From the IMG/VR virus record IMGVR_UViG_3300022555_003200: a stretch of DNA of 64,000 bases. One strand, 5' to 3'. This stretch comes from a virus (lineage: Duplodnaviria > Heunggongvirae > Uroviricota > Caudoviricetes). The notes under the pieces are model-generated. The model was not told the DNA's origin, did no database searches, and worked only from the letters and a program-made list of their open reading frames with translations. Of the stretch, positions 17,388 to 26,352 are shown one piece after another. The position numbers and the translations under genes are program-made. How positions within the stretch are numbered: the first letter of the stretch is position 1; every line of letters starts with the position of its first letter.

Positions 17388-20203
17388 TGAGCCTAGAAAA
17401 CGACATCACCAATCTGAAAAAGATAATGGACCAGCGGGGCCCTGGTGTCCGCTCGACTCAGCGTGTCTTAGGTGAGAAGAAGCTAAACGAGCTCGCGTGC
17501 GTCAAGTGTGGCAAGCATAACGTAGACATCATGGGTAAGAAGTATAAGGACGAGGAGCTTTGTCCGGACTGTGCAGCTTTGAATAGGACGATGGCAGAGC
17601 CTAAGGTTGAGGAAGCTGAGCATGTCTTTAAGGCTGCGTCCCCCGAAGATGTAGACAGGCGTCGTGCTCCGCGTCAGCTTAAGATCAGAGCTCGTAGAGC
17701 CAAAGACACTGTGGAAGACAGAGTGCTTGGGATGGAGCCGGAAGACATTGATCCGCTACTTTCTATGTGGTTTGACGAGTGGGGTATGGACGTAGAGGGC
17801 GAGAACGGGGAAGAAGTAGATGAGGAGAGCCCGGCCGCTAGGAACAAGTATGTATTCCTACCGTTCATCAGGGACGCCAAGACAGTGCTGAAGATAGACC
17901 TTACTCCTCTAGTGAAGAGGTACCTGTCTCTTGATGAGAAGGACAGGGCTGAAGTTATGTTCTGTCAATCGGCAGCTGCCAGGATCGCTAAGGCTGGGTT
18001 CTACGTGTACGACAGCGACTCTCGCTTTGAGGTGTATGCACCAGAAGATATGGTGGACGTTGACTACGACGAAGACGAGCTTGACGAAGCCCAAAAGCCA
18101 GTGTTCAAGGCCGCGGGCAGGCAGGAACTTAAACGTCGCGAGAAGCTCCAGGGCCCCATGAAGACTATTAAGGCGCCTATTGTTAAGAATGAAGAAGGTG
18201 ACTTCCCCGAAGAAGAGCTTGTTAGCATTGAGTGCCCGCACTGTGGGAGCCTGGAAGATCATCCGGCTGAAGAGCGGAGATGGCTTACGCAGCACTTCGA
18301 CTTTTTAAATGTTGAGCAGGGTCGCGACGGTCACGAGTACACGTATTACAGGTGTCAGGACTGCGGTAAAGACTTCAGGATTAAAGACATGTTTGAGTCT
18401 AAGATAAACGAAGCCGAACCCATATTTAAAGCCGCGAGTCAGGATCAGATTGCGAAGAGACTCCAGATAAGTCCAGAACGAACTAGAGTACTTCAGCAGT
18501 ATGTTGCTGCAAGATTTCCTAATTCCGGTCCTTACTACCAAGGTGATTGGGCTGCAAGGTTTAAGGAGGGTATGGAGTGGCAGATGTCGGACAACGACGG
18601 GAGAGCTCTTCTTCAGAAGCTTGGTCCGAACATTTACCCTAAGGACATTGACGCGTTCTTTACAGTTAACGAAGCCGGGCAGGTGTTCAAAGCTGCCGGC
18701 CCGGAAGAGATTGCTAAGAGGCCGCATAAGACTTTTAAGGTTATTTACAAGGGGGACCGGGAGAACCCTGATGACTACGACAACTTTACGTTAGACAAGA
18801 CTTATGATGCCTTCGAATGCCATGAGGCGGATTTGAGCCTTGATCCTGTTTACAAAGGTGATGATCCAGATGCATTCATTAAGCTGAAGAACGACTTGGG
18901 CCAGATGGTCATTAACCCGAGCATTGACTTTGATTTTCCTGTGGAAGAGAACCGTCACTGCAAAGCCTGTGATAAAGATGTGCTTTCGGAAAACTATCTT
19001 CCTGACTGGCGCACTGTAGGGGTTTGCAAGTCCTGTGCTGAGACGATTGAGGAAGCTGAGAAAGAGATACGTGAAGAGCGCCGCATATTCCAGGCGGCAT
19101 CTCCGCAGGATGTCAAGGCAAGGTTGAATACTGAGCCATGTGGAGTGTGTGGCGTGAAGTTGATAATAGACAAGAGCACGATATGCTCCGACTGTGGGGC
19201 ATATATTTGTGATGAGTGCACAGCATGGAAAGATAGTGACACTCCTATTTGTAATATGCACGTTGGGGATGACATTGATGCAGCTCAGTACCGTATGGGT
19301 GAGGCAGTTAACGAGGCCGGTAATCCAGTGTTCAAGGCTGCCAGCAAGGACGATGTTGCCAAGCGACGCGGCCAGAAGCCACTTCCTGCGGGAACTCCCG
19401 ACTACAAGTTCTTGGAGTTCATTGTGGATCCGGACCCGGCGCTAAGCACATGGAAGATGACAGGTATTGGCGGGTACATTGATGAGGAGCATAGCGACAT
19501 TTATTTTGGTAAGGATGGAGAGCCCGAGTTCTGCTTCAACATGAAGACTCAGGATATGATCGATGACAAGCTCGAGAAGGATGACGAGCTCACTGAAGAG
19601 TGCTGTAAGTTCTTTGAAGATGAGGGGCATGGGAGCTTTGCTGACAAGAACGAAGCGTGGGTTGAGTCGAAGAAGTGGACTCCTAGGGGTACTGAGAACA
19701 CAGCTAACTGGGACAGCACATACTACTGGGGTGAGATCCTTCAGTATACAAGGTTCGAGACTGATGACGGCCGGGATGGCGTAATCATAATGATGCATAT
19801 GGGTGGAGACTACCGCGGAAACTACGCTTATCCGGTTGTGTACTTTGGGGACTTTGATGAAGTTATAAGTGCGTCTAACCCGGGTGACCCGAGGGAAGAG
19901 CCGGCGTATCTCCTAGGGTATGATGGGGACATGGACAAGCTAGTGGAAGACATGAAGAACTTCAGGAACCCACAAGCAGAGGAAGATGAGGAAGGTATTG
20001 AGGGGGCGTACAGGCCGCAGAAGGACGTCAAGAACCGCGGGCAGATGAAGTGGACATTTAACCCAGAGAATCCAGCAGAAACACAAGTTGAATCGAGGGT
20101 GCAGGAATGGAAGACGGATGGAAGTGTCACAAGCTCGGAAACACGGACCTCTATACCGACACCCAAGGGGTTGTCAGAGAAGTCCGAAGAGACGGGAAAC
20201 TAG
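17387..20203 (+). CDS. leader + six FKAA-tagged modules (938 aa polyprotein)
   Basis: Start ATG 17387 (TAATG overlap); 6 tag copies; several CxxC cargos. Confidence 0.8.
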   Translation: MSLENDITNLKKIMDQRGPGVRSTQRVLGEKKLNELACVKCGKHNVDIMGKKYKDEELCPDCAALNRTMAEPKVEEAEHVFKAASPEDVDRRRAPRQLKIRARRAKDTVEDRVLGMEPEDIDPLLSMWFDEWGMDVEGENGEEVDEESPAARNKYVFLPFIRDAKTVLKIDLTPLVKRYLSLDEKDRAEVMFCQSAAARIAKAGFYVYDSDSRFEVYAPEDMVDVDYDEDELDEAQKPVFKAAGRQELKRREKLQGPMKTIKAPIVKNEEGDFPEEELVSIECPHCGSLEDHPAEERRWLTQHFDFLNVEQGRDGHEYTYYRCQDCGKDFRIKDMFESKINEAEPIFKAASQDQIAKRLQISPERTRVLQQYVAARFPNSGPYYQGDWAARFKEGMEWQMSDNDGRALLQKLGPNIYPKDIDAFFTVNEAGQVFKAAGPEEIAKRPHKTFKVIYKGDRENPDDYDNFTLDKTYDAFECHEADLSLDPVYKGDDPDAFIKLKNDLGQMVINPSIDFDFPVEENRHCKACDKDVLSENYLPDWRTVGVCKSCAETIEEAEKEIREERRIFQAASPQDVKARLNTEPCGVCGVKLIIDKSTICSDCGAYICDECTAWKDSDTPICNMHVGDDIDAAQYRMGEAVNEAGNPVFKAASKDDVAKRRGQKPLPAGTPDYKFLEFIVDPDPALSTWKMTGIGGYIDEEHSDIYFGKDGEPEFCFNMKTQDMIDDKLEKDDELTEECCKFFEDEGHGSFADKNEAWVESKKWTPRGTENTANWDSTYYWGEILQYTRFETDDGRDGVIIMMHMGGDYRGNYAYPVVYFGDFDEVISASNPGDPREEPAYLLGYDGDMDKLVEDMKNFRNPQAEEDEEGIEGAYRPQKDVKNRGQMKWTFNPENPAETQVESRVQEWKTDGSVTSSETRTSIPTPKGLSEKSEETGN

Positions 20204-20274
20204 TGAACGACTTTGACTCGGCAACTGTTCGAATTATTCGTAAGGTCGAAGCGGAAGAGCGCGGAGGGTTCTAA
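20107..20274 (+). CDS. possible small protein (55 aa) overlapping the 3' end of the polyprotein
   Basis: Open alternative frame filling the gap to a further small ORF at 20274-20399. Confidence 0.3.
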   Translation: MEDGWKCHKLGNTDLYTDTQGVVREVRRDGKLVNDFDSATVRIIRKVEAEERGGF

Positions 20275-20401
20275 TGGACTCATCAGTGAGAGCTGGCGAT
20301 GAAATAGTGGGGCATGGGGTAGTGGCTGAGACCGCTGAGATTTTGTATGCACCACTACCGGCTCAATTGTTTTTGCATTCATACAAAGAGGTCTTTTAGC
20401 C

Positions 20402-20737
20402 ATGGTAATCCCGTTATATGACTATGGGTACAACCCAGTAAAGCACTACATGAATGAGGTTGGCACACAGATTATTGTCGACTGCGGGCAGGACATCTCT
20501 GCTGCTTCAACTTACAAGTTGAGCGTCAGGAAGCCGGATGGGACTGTTTTTACATGGAACCCAACGATCGTTACTATTGAGAGTAACCCTAACTACCTGC
20601 TATACCTGACAAGGGTAGGAGACTTCGATCAGATAGGTGTTTACTCCATTCAGCCATATCTTGTGCTCCCTACGTGGACCGGTCGCGGTGAGACCGTAAC
20701 TTTTGAAGTGTTTGGCAACTTTGACATGGGGTACTAG
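20402..20737 (+). CDS. small beta-rich structural-type protein (BppU N-terminal-like)
   Basis: VRKPDGT...GDFDQIGVYSIQP..L..WTG pattern. Confidence 0.5.
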   Translation: MVIPLYDYGYNPVKHYMNEVGTQIIVDCGQDISAASTYKLSVRKPDGTVFTWNPTIVTIESNPNYLLYLTRVGDFDQIGVYSIQPYLVLPTWTGRGETVTFEVFGNFDMGY

Positions 20738-20739
20738 AG

Positions 20740-21120
20740 ATGAGTTTTGAGAAGGACATATCCGCTATCAAGAAGCTTATGGAATCCGAGCCTGTGTTTA
20801 AGGCCGCCGGGCCTGAGGATCTCAATAAGCGTAAGGCAGCCGAGGATAGAGCTCGTGAGGCTCGGGAAGCTGCACGTAAGGCTGAAGGTATAGTAGATTT
20901 TTGTCCACACTGCAAGGCTGACTTACGGGACCAGAATATCGGAGCGTACGCTACCGGAAAAGAGTACTTCACGGAAGGGCTTTTTTGGGACAGTGAGCTT
21001 GAGAGCTGGAACTACGGTGAAAGAGATACTAACGACTCTTCTGTTGACGGCTACCTCTGCGGAAAATGTAACAAGGTATTGCACATAGGAACTGACTTTG
21101 ATCCTGAGAGAACACTATGA
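20740..21120 (+). CDS. leader + FKAA-tagged Zn-ribbon protein
   Basis: LMESEPVFKAAG; CPHC...CGKC. Confidence 0.8.
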   Translation: MSFEKDISAIKKLMESEPVFKAAGPEDLNKRKAAEDRAREAREAARKAEGIVDFCPHCKADLRDQNIGAYATGKEYFTEGLFWDSELESWNYGERDTNDSSVDGYLCGKCNKVLHIGTDFDPERTL

Positions 21121-21449
21121 GCTTAGAGCAAGATGTCGCATACATTCAGAGAATGATGAAGCTCTATGAAGCTGAGCCTGTGTTTAAGGCCGCCGGACGA
21201 GAGGATGTAAATCAGAGAAGGAACGCTGCTGCAAGAGCACGTCAAGCTGAGCTTGCTGACAAGCTGGCAGATCCAGTGTGGTCTTTCTGCTATGACCATT
21301 ACTATGCAGATCCAGACAGCGACGGTGTGCGTGAGAAGTGGTTGCCTTTCGATAGCTGGGACGATGATGACATCGAGGACCAAGTTGACACCGACGCTGA
21401 GGCTCTTAGACGGTTTATGGCGGGAACATATAGGAAGGCTGCACAATGA
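21117..21449 (+). CDS. leader + FKAA-tagged protein
   Basis: LYEAEPVFKAAG. Confidence 0.8.
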   Translation: MSLEQDVAYIQRMMKLYEAEPVFKAAGREDVNQRRNAAARARQAELADKLADPVWSFCYDHYYADPDSDGVREKWLPFDSWDDDDIEDQVDTDAEALRRFMAGTYRKAAQ

Positions 21450-22057
21450 GCTTCGAAAAAGATATCACAGAAATCAAGAAGATGGTTGAGGCGGAAGAGC
21501 CGGTGTTCAAGGCTGCTAGCCCTGAGCAGGTTGCCAAGAGGGTGGATGATATAGTGGCACAGCAGGCGCAGCAGCTGTACGCAAAGGCCGAGGAGGCTCG
21601 GCCTGGTATAATCGCGGAGCTTAGAGCAAAGCTTGGTAATAGTGAGGCACTCGTTCAGACGGCGATCGCTTACGCGGACACACAGCACATTGATACACTT
21701 CTTGGTATTGAGCCGGAAGAGATTCGAATGGCTGATCTTACGTCGTGGAATGACAGTCTTGGCGCCAAGATCCGGGATCTTGATTGGCCTGGAGTATGGA
21801 CGGATAAAAACACGTTCTTGAAGCAGGCTGAGATGGTTGGTGGATACAACGTATTTGATGAAGATATCGCTAAGGGTCTCGTTCAGGATTTTGGAGACAG
21901 GCAGTATCGATTGGCCCGTGAAGGCTCTGTAGCAGTTTACATCAGGCCAGTTAAGAAAGTAGAGATGGGGTTGTTGAAAGGTTCAGAAGGACCCAATGCA
22001 TTCGGGGAAGATGAGCACGATTTAGATGGAAATGAATTAAGACTTTGGTGGGACTAG
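21446..22057 (+). CDS. leader + FKAA-tagged protein, C-terminus paralogous to that of ORF 32700
   Basis: MVEAEEPVFKAAS; WPGVWTD...YRLARE. Confidence 0.8.
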   Translation: MSFEKDITEIKKMVEAEEPVFKAASPEQVAKRVDDIVAQQAQQLYAKAEEARPGIIAELRAKLGNSEALVQTAIAYADTQHIDTLLGIEPEEIRMADLTSWNDSLGAKIRDLDWPGVWTDKNTFLKQAEMVGGYNVFDEDIAKGLVQDFGDRQYRLAREGSVAVYIRPVKKVEMGLLKGSEGPNAFGEDEHDLDGNELRLWWD

Positions 22058-22065
22058 GGGGCTGT

Positions 22066-22716
22066 ATGGCTGGTGGTGTTTACAAGCGAACTAAGGCACA
22101 CGGTAGGGCAATTTCAAAAGCTAGGCAGGGGTCTATCAATTGGAGTCGTGGGCTTACAAAGGAGATTGATACCCGTGTTGCTAACAACGCTAAGTCAATA
22201 CAAAAATCAATAAAGGAGCTTTGGAAAGACCCTGCTTACGTAGCTAAGAGGAACGCAGGTTACGCTAAGTTTAGGAAAGAGCGCGGAGCAGAGGTTGCGG
22301 CTAAGATTTCCAGAACGTTGACAGGGAGAAAGACAGGACCACAGTCTAAAGAGCTAATTGAGAAGCGTATGCGTGGAGTATTAAAAGCTCTTTGCAAGCA
22401 TCCGAATAAGTTTGAAGCAAACTCAATGAACTACGTAAATACTATATACGGCGGTAACGTTAGATTTACAGGGGACGGTTCGTTGATCATAAACGGCAAA
22501 TCAGCAGACGCCGTGTTGGACGGAACAAACATAGTGTTTCTTTTTAACGGTGTTTACTGGCACTTAGAGCGATTTGGGTATGCAGTAACTGAAGAAGCTA
22601 AGCGTATTGTGGAAGCCAAAGAGTCAACGCCGTTTCTGCAAGCCGGATACAAAGTTATTTTCGTCTGGGAAGACGAGTTGAATAGGGTAATTAAAAAGTG
22701 TAACAAAAAAGTGTAG
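22066..22716 (+). CDS. free-standing PD-(D/E)xK (Vsr/DUF559-like) homing endonuclease with NUMOD-like N-terminus
   Basis: WSRGLTKEIDTRV repeat; KSADAV...FNGVYWH...GYKVIFVWEDE. Confidence 0.7.
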   Translation: MAGGVYKRTKAHGRAISKARQGSINWSRGLTKEIDTRVANNAKSIQKSIKELWKDPAYVAKRNAGYAKFRKERGAEVAAKISRTLTGRKTGPQSKELIEKRMRGVLKALCKHPNKFEANSMNYVNTIYGGNVRFTGDGSLIINGKSADAVLDGTNIVFLFNGVYWHLERFGYAVTEEAKRIVEAKESTPFLQAGYKVIFVWEDELNRVIKKCNKKV

Positions 22717-22774
22717 AAACTGGAATAGTTCCAAGTTTCACAGTGAGCAACACAATCAAAAGGAGAAACAAATA

Positions 22775-23641
22775 ATGGCAAGAGGCAAGGTTAAGTGGTC
22801 CGAATAGAGCCACGTACTTCGCTATATGCTGGAATAACTTCAAAAGATAGGAGTCCTAATATGGAAAAATCTTCTATACACGGAGTCAATCAGCAGGCAA
22901 AGGCAGTAGACTTGGCTTGGTTAGCGGGTCTGGTAGATGGGGAAGGTACTATAGGCTTGTATAAGTATATGTGTGGGAAGAGCTTAGTATGTAAGCCCAG
23001 ATTCCAGATTTGCACAACCAGTCCAAGATTGGTTAAACGTGTATTAGAAATCTTAGAACCGCTTGGTTTTAAGTTATACGTCAACCAGGCCGAACAACGG
23101 CCACAGTGGAAAGAGCGTTATACAATCGTAGCTTGTAAGCACGAAACGTGCGAACAAATTATACTAATGCTCTATGACTATCTTGTGGAAAAGAAACCAC
23201 AAGCAGATTTGTTGCTTGGATATCTTAGGTCAAGACATGGTAAGCTTGGCAATGGAAAAGGGTATTCAGAAAAAGAATTAGCAACAGTCGAAGCTCTAAA
23301 AGAAACTAACTTTAGAGGTGTCAATTTTCCACGACTGCCAGAGTCCTCAGAGACTACACGCGAAGAGCTGTTATGAGCAGCCAAGATATAGTCCGATCTG
23401 CATAGCGATATGCAGCTAACAAAATGTCAGCGGTCCCAAGGGTTACGGATTCATCACGGGTAACGACGGTAAAGATGTTTTTTGCCACTTTAGCAGCATT
23501 TTGCAAGATAAGGGATACAAGACACTTGACGAAGGTCAAGAGGTTGAGTTTGACATCGTTGCTGGAGAGAAGGGGGACCAGTCCGCGAACGTTCGTAAGA
23601 TTGTTCCGCTTAATGAAGTAAAAGCTGTGGATAGTAAGTAA
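22775..23641 (+). CDS. csp: cold-shock protein (CspA family, 79 aa), join(22775..22799,23427..23641)
   Basis: Spliced: [53 protein letters not shown]..., RNP1 KGYGFI, RNP2 VFCHF, SD AAGGAG; exons total 240 nt in frame. Confidence 0.9.
22800..23426 (+). mobile_element. group I intron (627 nt) in csp
   Basis: Exon ends in U, intron ends in G; IGS GCCAC 22809-13; P ATGCTGGAA 22826; Q AATCAGCAGG 22888; R TCAGAGACTA 23347; S AAGATATAGTCC 23383; P9 with GCGA tetraloop. Confidence 0.92.
22861..23376 (+). CDS. intron-encoded LAGLIDADG homing endonuclease
   Basis: [15 protein letters not shown]; PRFQICTTS; YLVEKKPQA. Confidence 0.88.
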   Translation: MEKSSIHGVNQQAKAVDLAWLAGLVDGEGTIGLYKYMCGKSLVCKPRFQICTTSPRLVKRVLEILEPLGFKLYVNQAEQRPQWKERYTIVACKHETCEQIILMLYDYLVEKKPQADLLLGYLRSRHGKLGNGKGYSEKELATVEALKETNFRGVNFPRLPESSETTREELL

Positions 23642-23648
23642 CGTATTA

Positions 23649-23720
23649 CGGGGCGATAAGAGCTGATCACTCTTCTGGTGCCTAGTTCATCAGATAGCCC
23701 CGCTTTACCTAACTAGGAGG
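23649..23720 (+). promoter_or_regulatory. candidate structured RNA (three-way junction with loop-RBS pairing)
   Basis: Three stems; loop CCTAGTT complementary to AACTAGG overlapping SD AGGAGG. Confidence 0.45.
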
Positions 23721-23725
23721 ATGGT

Positions 23726-24280
23726 ATGAATACAAAAGTTTGTACTGTTTGCGGCACTGAAAAGAAAACGTCTTATTTTTACCCAAAGAAAACTGGAAAG
23801 TTTAAAGTGTCGGCAGCATGCAAGGAATGTGATCTGTTAGCGCACAAAAAGTATTACAAGGATAACCGTGACATGGTGCTGAGCAAGGTCAGGGAGCGCA
23901 GCAGAGGCAGCAAAAAGGAAAAGGCAGTTTACGACCGTAATTACAATGTCGTAAATAACACAAGGCTTTTGCGACAGAAGGAAAACACAAGGCTTAAAAG
24001 AAGTTACAAAATAACGCTTGAGCAATATTTTGACATGTTATTTAAGCAAAGCTTTCGATGCCTTGGGTGTGGTAAGCACCAGTCTGATATTGAGTGGGCG
24101 CTATGCATAGACCATGATCATAAGTGCTGTTCCGGTGAAAGATCATGTGGTAAGTGCATACGAGGACTGTTATGCATTCATTGTAACCACGCAATAGGAA
24201 GTGCGTACGATGACGTTGGAACGCTAAAAAACTTGGTTTTATATCTAGAGTCGTTCGAACAACAAGGTAAACCAGCTTAG
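23726..24280 (+). CDS. endonuclease VII-family His-Cys nuclease (probable free-standing homing endonuclease)
   Basis: YKITLEQY...CLGC...LCIDHDH...IRGLLCIHCNHAIG. Confidence 0.85.
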   Translation: MNTKVCTVCGTEKKTSYFYPKKTGKFKVSAACKECDLLAHKKYYKDNRDMVLSKVRERSRGSKKEKAVYDRNYNVVNNTRLLRQKENTRLKRSYKITLEQYFDMLFKQSFRCLGCGKHQSDIEWALCIDHDHKCCSGERSCGKCIRGLLCIHCNHAIGSAYDDVGTLKNLVLYLESFEQQGKPA

Positions 24281-24352
24281 GAAGTGGCCAAAGAAGTGGC
24301 CAAAATGGCCGTTTTTAGGGCCTAGGAGCAACTTTCTAGGTAATAAGGAGTA

Positions 24353-24670
24353 ATGAGGTCTATGGAAACAATAACCTGTCCCAAGTGCAACAAAACGCTG
24401 GTTCCTATGAATGACAAGCATTATGCCTACTGTCCCAAGAAGGACTTGGTCGTAAAGTTTGGGGAGTCTTACAACAGGAAGTGCAAGATCCAACCGGACC
24501 CAAACTCTGGTTGCGGCACGCTGTTTGAGGTCCCTCTTAGTGAGCGCGACGAACTGGCCGAACTTGAACGCAGGTATAGGCCCAGAACACATAAGGCTGA
24601 GCACAGTGGAAGTCAGAAATCCCACGTTCGCGCACATTCCGATGGCAAGTCCATCAAACAGGAACGTTAA
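24353..24670 (+). CDS. Cys-rich hypothetical protein
   Basis: CPKC...C...C...C; SD AAGGAG. Confidence 0.6.
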   Translation: MRSMETITCPKCNKTLVPMNDKHYAYCPKKDLVVKFGESYNRKCKIQPDPNSGCGTLFEVPLSERDELAELERRYRPRTHKAEHSGSQKSHVRAHSDGKSIKQER

Positions 24671-24718
24671 TGAGGATTCTCTCCACTGTGCAAAGCTTTA
24701 TAACAGGGGGTAATTGAA

Positions 24719-25081
24719 ATGGAAGAAAAGTTAAAGACTTTCGGAGAATTACTAAAAGAGACGCTCGGTGAGCGCACGGCGGAATTGCCGGCTGTGGCAG
24801 AGGAATCGTCAGCTACACTTACTGACTCGGAGCGAGGCGCGATTCTCGAGAAACTTTCGAAAACGAAGCGCGAAACTACCGCCCAACCCCCTTCGGCGGC
24901 AGACAGTCACGGGGAAGACCTTTCGACTGCCTCCTTCGGGTCCTTACTTGAACAAACTGTAAAGCTTCAGGAGGAGATGAGGAACGAGGATCACTCGAAA
25001 GATGACGAGATTCGGGAGAAGGTCATTAAGAGCTCGAAGATGGAGCTGGCTGAAGAGATGATCAAGAGGTTTATGAGATAA
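24719..25081 (+). CDS. acidic hypothetical protein with T4 CTS-like N-terminus
   Basis: KTFGELLKE; 120 aa. Confidence 0.6.
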   Translation: MEEKLKTFGELLKETLGERTAELPAVAEESSATLTDSERGAILEKLSKTKRETTAQPPSAADSHGEDLSTASFGSLLEQTVKLQEEMRNEDHSKDDEIREKVIKSSKMELAEEMIKRFMR

Positions 25082-25341
25082 TGAGCTTTGAGACGGATAT
25101 CACTCAGATCAAGAAGATGGTCGAGGCTGATGAGAAGCCAGTGTTCAGGGCTGCTAGTCAGGAAGAGATCGCCAACCGTCCGGATCCTACTAAAGAGATC
25201 AAGACAAAGCTCACGATTTACATGCCTTTGTACAAGGCTGACGGAACGAAGACGACAAAGGATGAAGCGTACAACACGATCATGGAGCTTGTGATCAACG
25301 CTGGTCTAGAGTGTCAGATCTATGAGCAGGAGATCGAATGA
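25081..25341 (+). CDS. leader + FRAA-tagged small protein
   Basis: MSFETDITQIKKMVEADEKPVFRAAS. Confidence 0.8.
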   Translation: MSFETDITQIKKMVEADEKPVFRAASQEEIANRPDPTKEIKTKLTIYMPLYKADGTKTTKDEAYNTIMELVINAGLECQIYEQEIE

Positions 25342-26123
25342 GCTTAGAACGTGATATCACGGCCATCAAGACTCTTCTAGAGGCCACACCTGTTTTCAAA
25401 GCAGCTGGCCCGGAAGATATGGATAGGCGTGCTGGCGTGACTAGAGCCGCCGAAGATAAAGCTCGCCAAGAGCGCATTGCCATAGCTGGCCCACAGCTTA
25501 GAAAACTCATGGAGCTAGCAAGACTAGCAAGAGCCGCGGATGACGAATACATCAGAGCTAGCGAGAACGATTTTATAGGGAACTACGGTAAGCAGAACGA
25601 CGAGCAACATCCGATCAAGGTGTCCTTCAGCATAAAGGTTTACAACTGGCGCATGCCGGAAGGCGTTGAGGACAAGCTCCGCGATGCCGGGTATCTCGAT
25701 TCAGCATACGAGACAACGAACGAGGACATGGCAGGTGCACTGACAGACTTTGTTGAAGATCTCCAAGCTAAGTATAAGTTCATAAATGGCTGGAGCCAGG
25801 AAGGACGGTCAGGGGGGTGGCTAGTTCTCGACATAGATGATGTTGACAACTCCTACGATGCGTCAAGGTTGACCGGGGACTTTGAGAGCATGGAGTACGC
25901 GTTAGATGAGACAGAGGGGTGGTTGCCGCAGGATTTTAAGTACGCCGAGCAGACTTTTATAGACTACAGGAAGGCGCTAGCTACAAGGCTTCACTGCTTG
26001 ACTGCTATTGAAGCATCAATTGAAAAAGGGAAGAGAGATTTAGAGAAGTGGTTCTCATCAACGGACTACTGGGATTCATACTTTGAAAGAAACGAGATAG
26101 CAGACAAAAGGAGTGAGGTCTAA
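25338..26123 (+). CDS. leader + FKAA-tagged protein
   Basis: LLEATPVFKAAG; GRSGGWL cargo motif. Confidence 0.8.
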   Translation: MSLERDITAIKTLLEATPVFKAAGPEDMDRRAGVTRAAEDKARQERIAIAGPQLRKLMELARLARAADDEYIRASENDFIGNYGKQNDEQHPIKVSFSIKVYNWRMPEGVEDKLRDAGYLDSAYETTNEDMAGALTDFVEDLQAKYKFINGWSQEGRSGGWLVLDIDDVDNSYDASRLTGDFESMEYALDETEGWLPQDFKYAEQTFIDYRKALATRLHCLTAIEASIEKGKRDLEKWFSSTDYWDSYFERNEIADKRSEV

Positions 26124-26124
26124 C

Positions 26125-26352
26125 ATGAGTTTTGAGAATGATATTACGCACATCAAGAAGATGATCGAGAAGCTTCAGGCTGAGACTGAAACGATGCCTA
26201 CAGAAGCCCCGGTAATTACCCCGGAAGCTCCTACGCAGCGCCCGGATAAGCCAAGCACTCCTATTCGCAAGATGCCGGGGATTTCCCCAAAGCCGAAGGC
26301 TCTTAATAGGGATACGGAATTATTTTTAGCTAAGCGAGGTATAACTAGGTAA
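26125..26352 (+). CDS. leader-bearing Pro-rich small protein
   Basis: MSFENDITHIKKMIE; PTEAP...PKPKA. Confidence 0.7.
   Translation: MSFENDITHIKKMIEKLQAETETMPTEAPVITPEAPTQRPDKPSTPIRKMPGISPKPKALNRDTELFLAKRGITR

Noticed and set aside
22795-22860. GTG 22795 as start of the LAGLIDADG ORF
   Set aside because: It overlaps exon 1 and P1 and is out of frame with csp; ATG 22861 is more plausible.
23424-23621. ORF-track 65-aa ORF, or csp exon 2 as a pseudogene
   Set aside because: The listed frame is not the Csp frame; the apparent truncation is explained by the group I intron.
24282-24315. Short AAGTGGCCAAA tandem repeat
   Set aside because: Only two full copies in an intergenic spacer, with no supporting structure.
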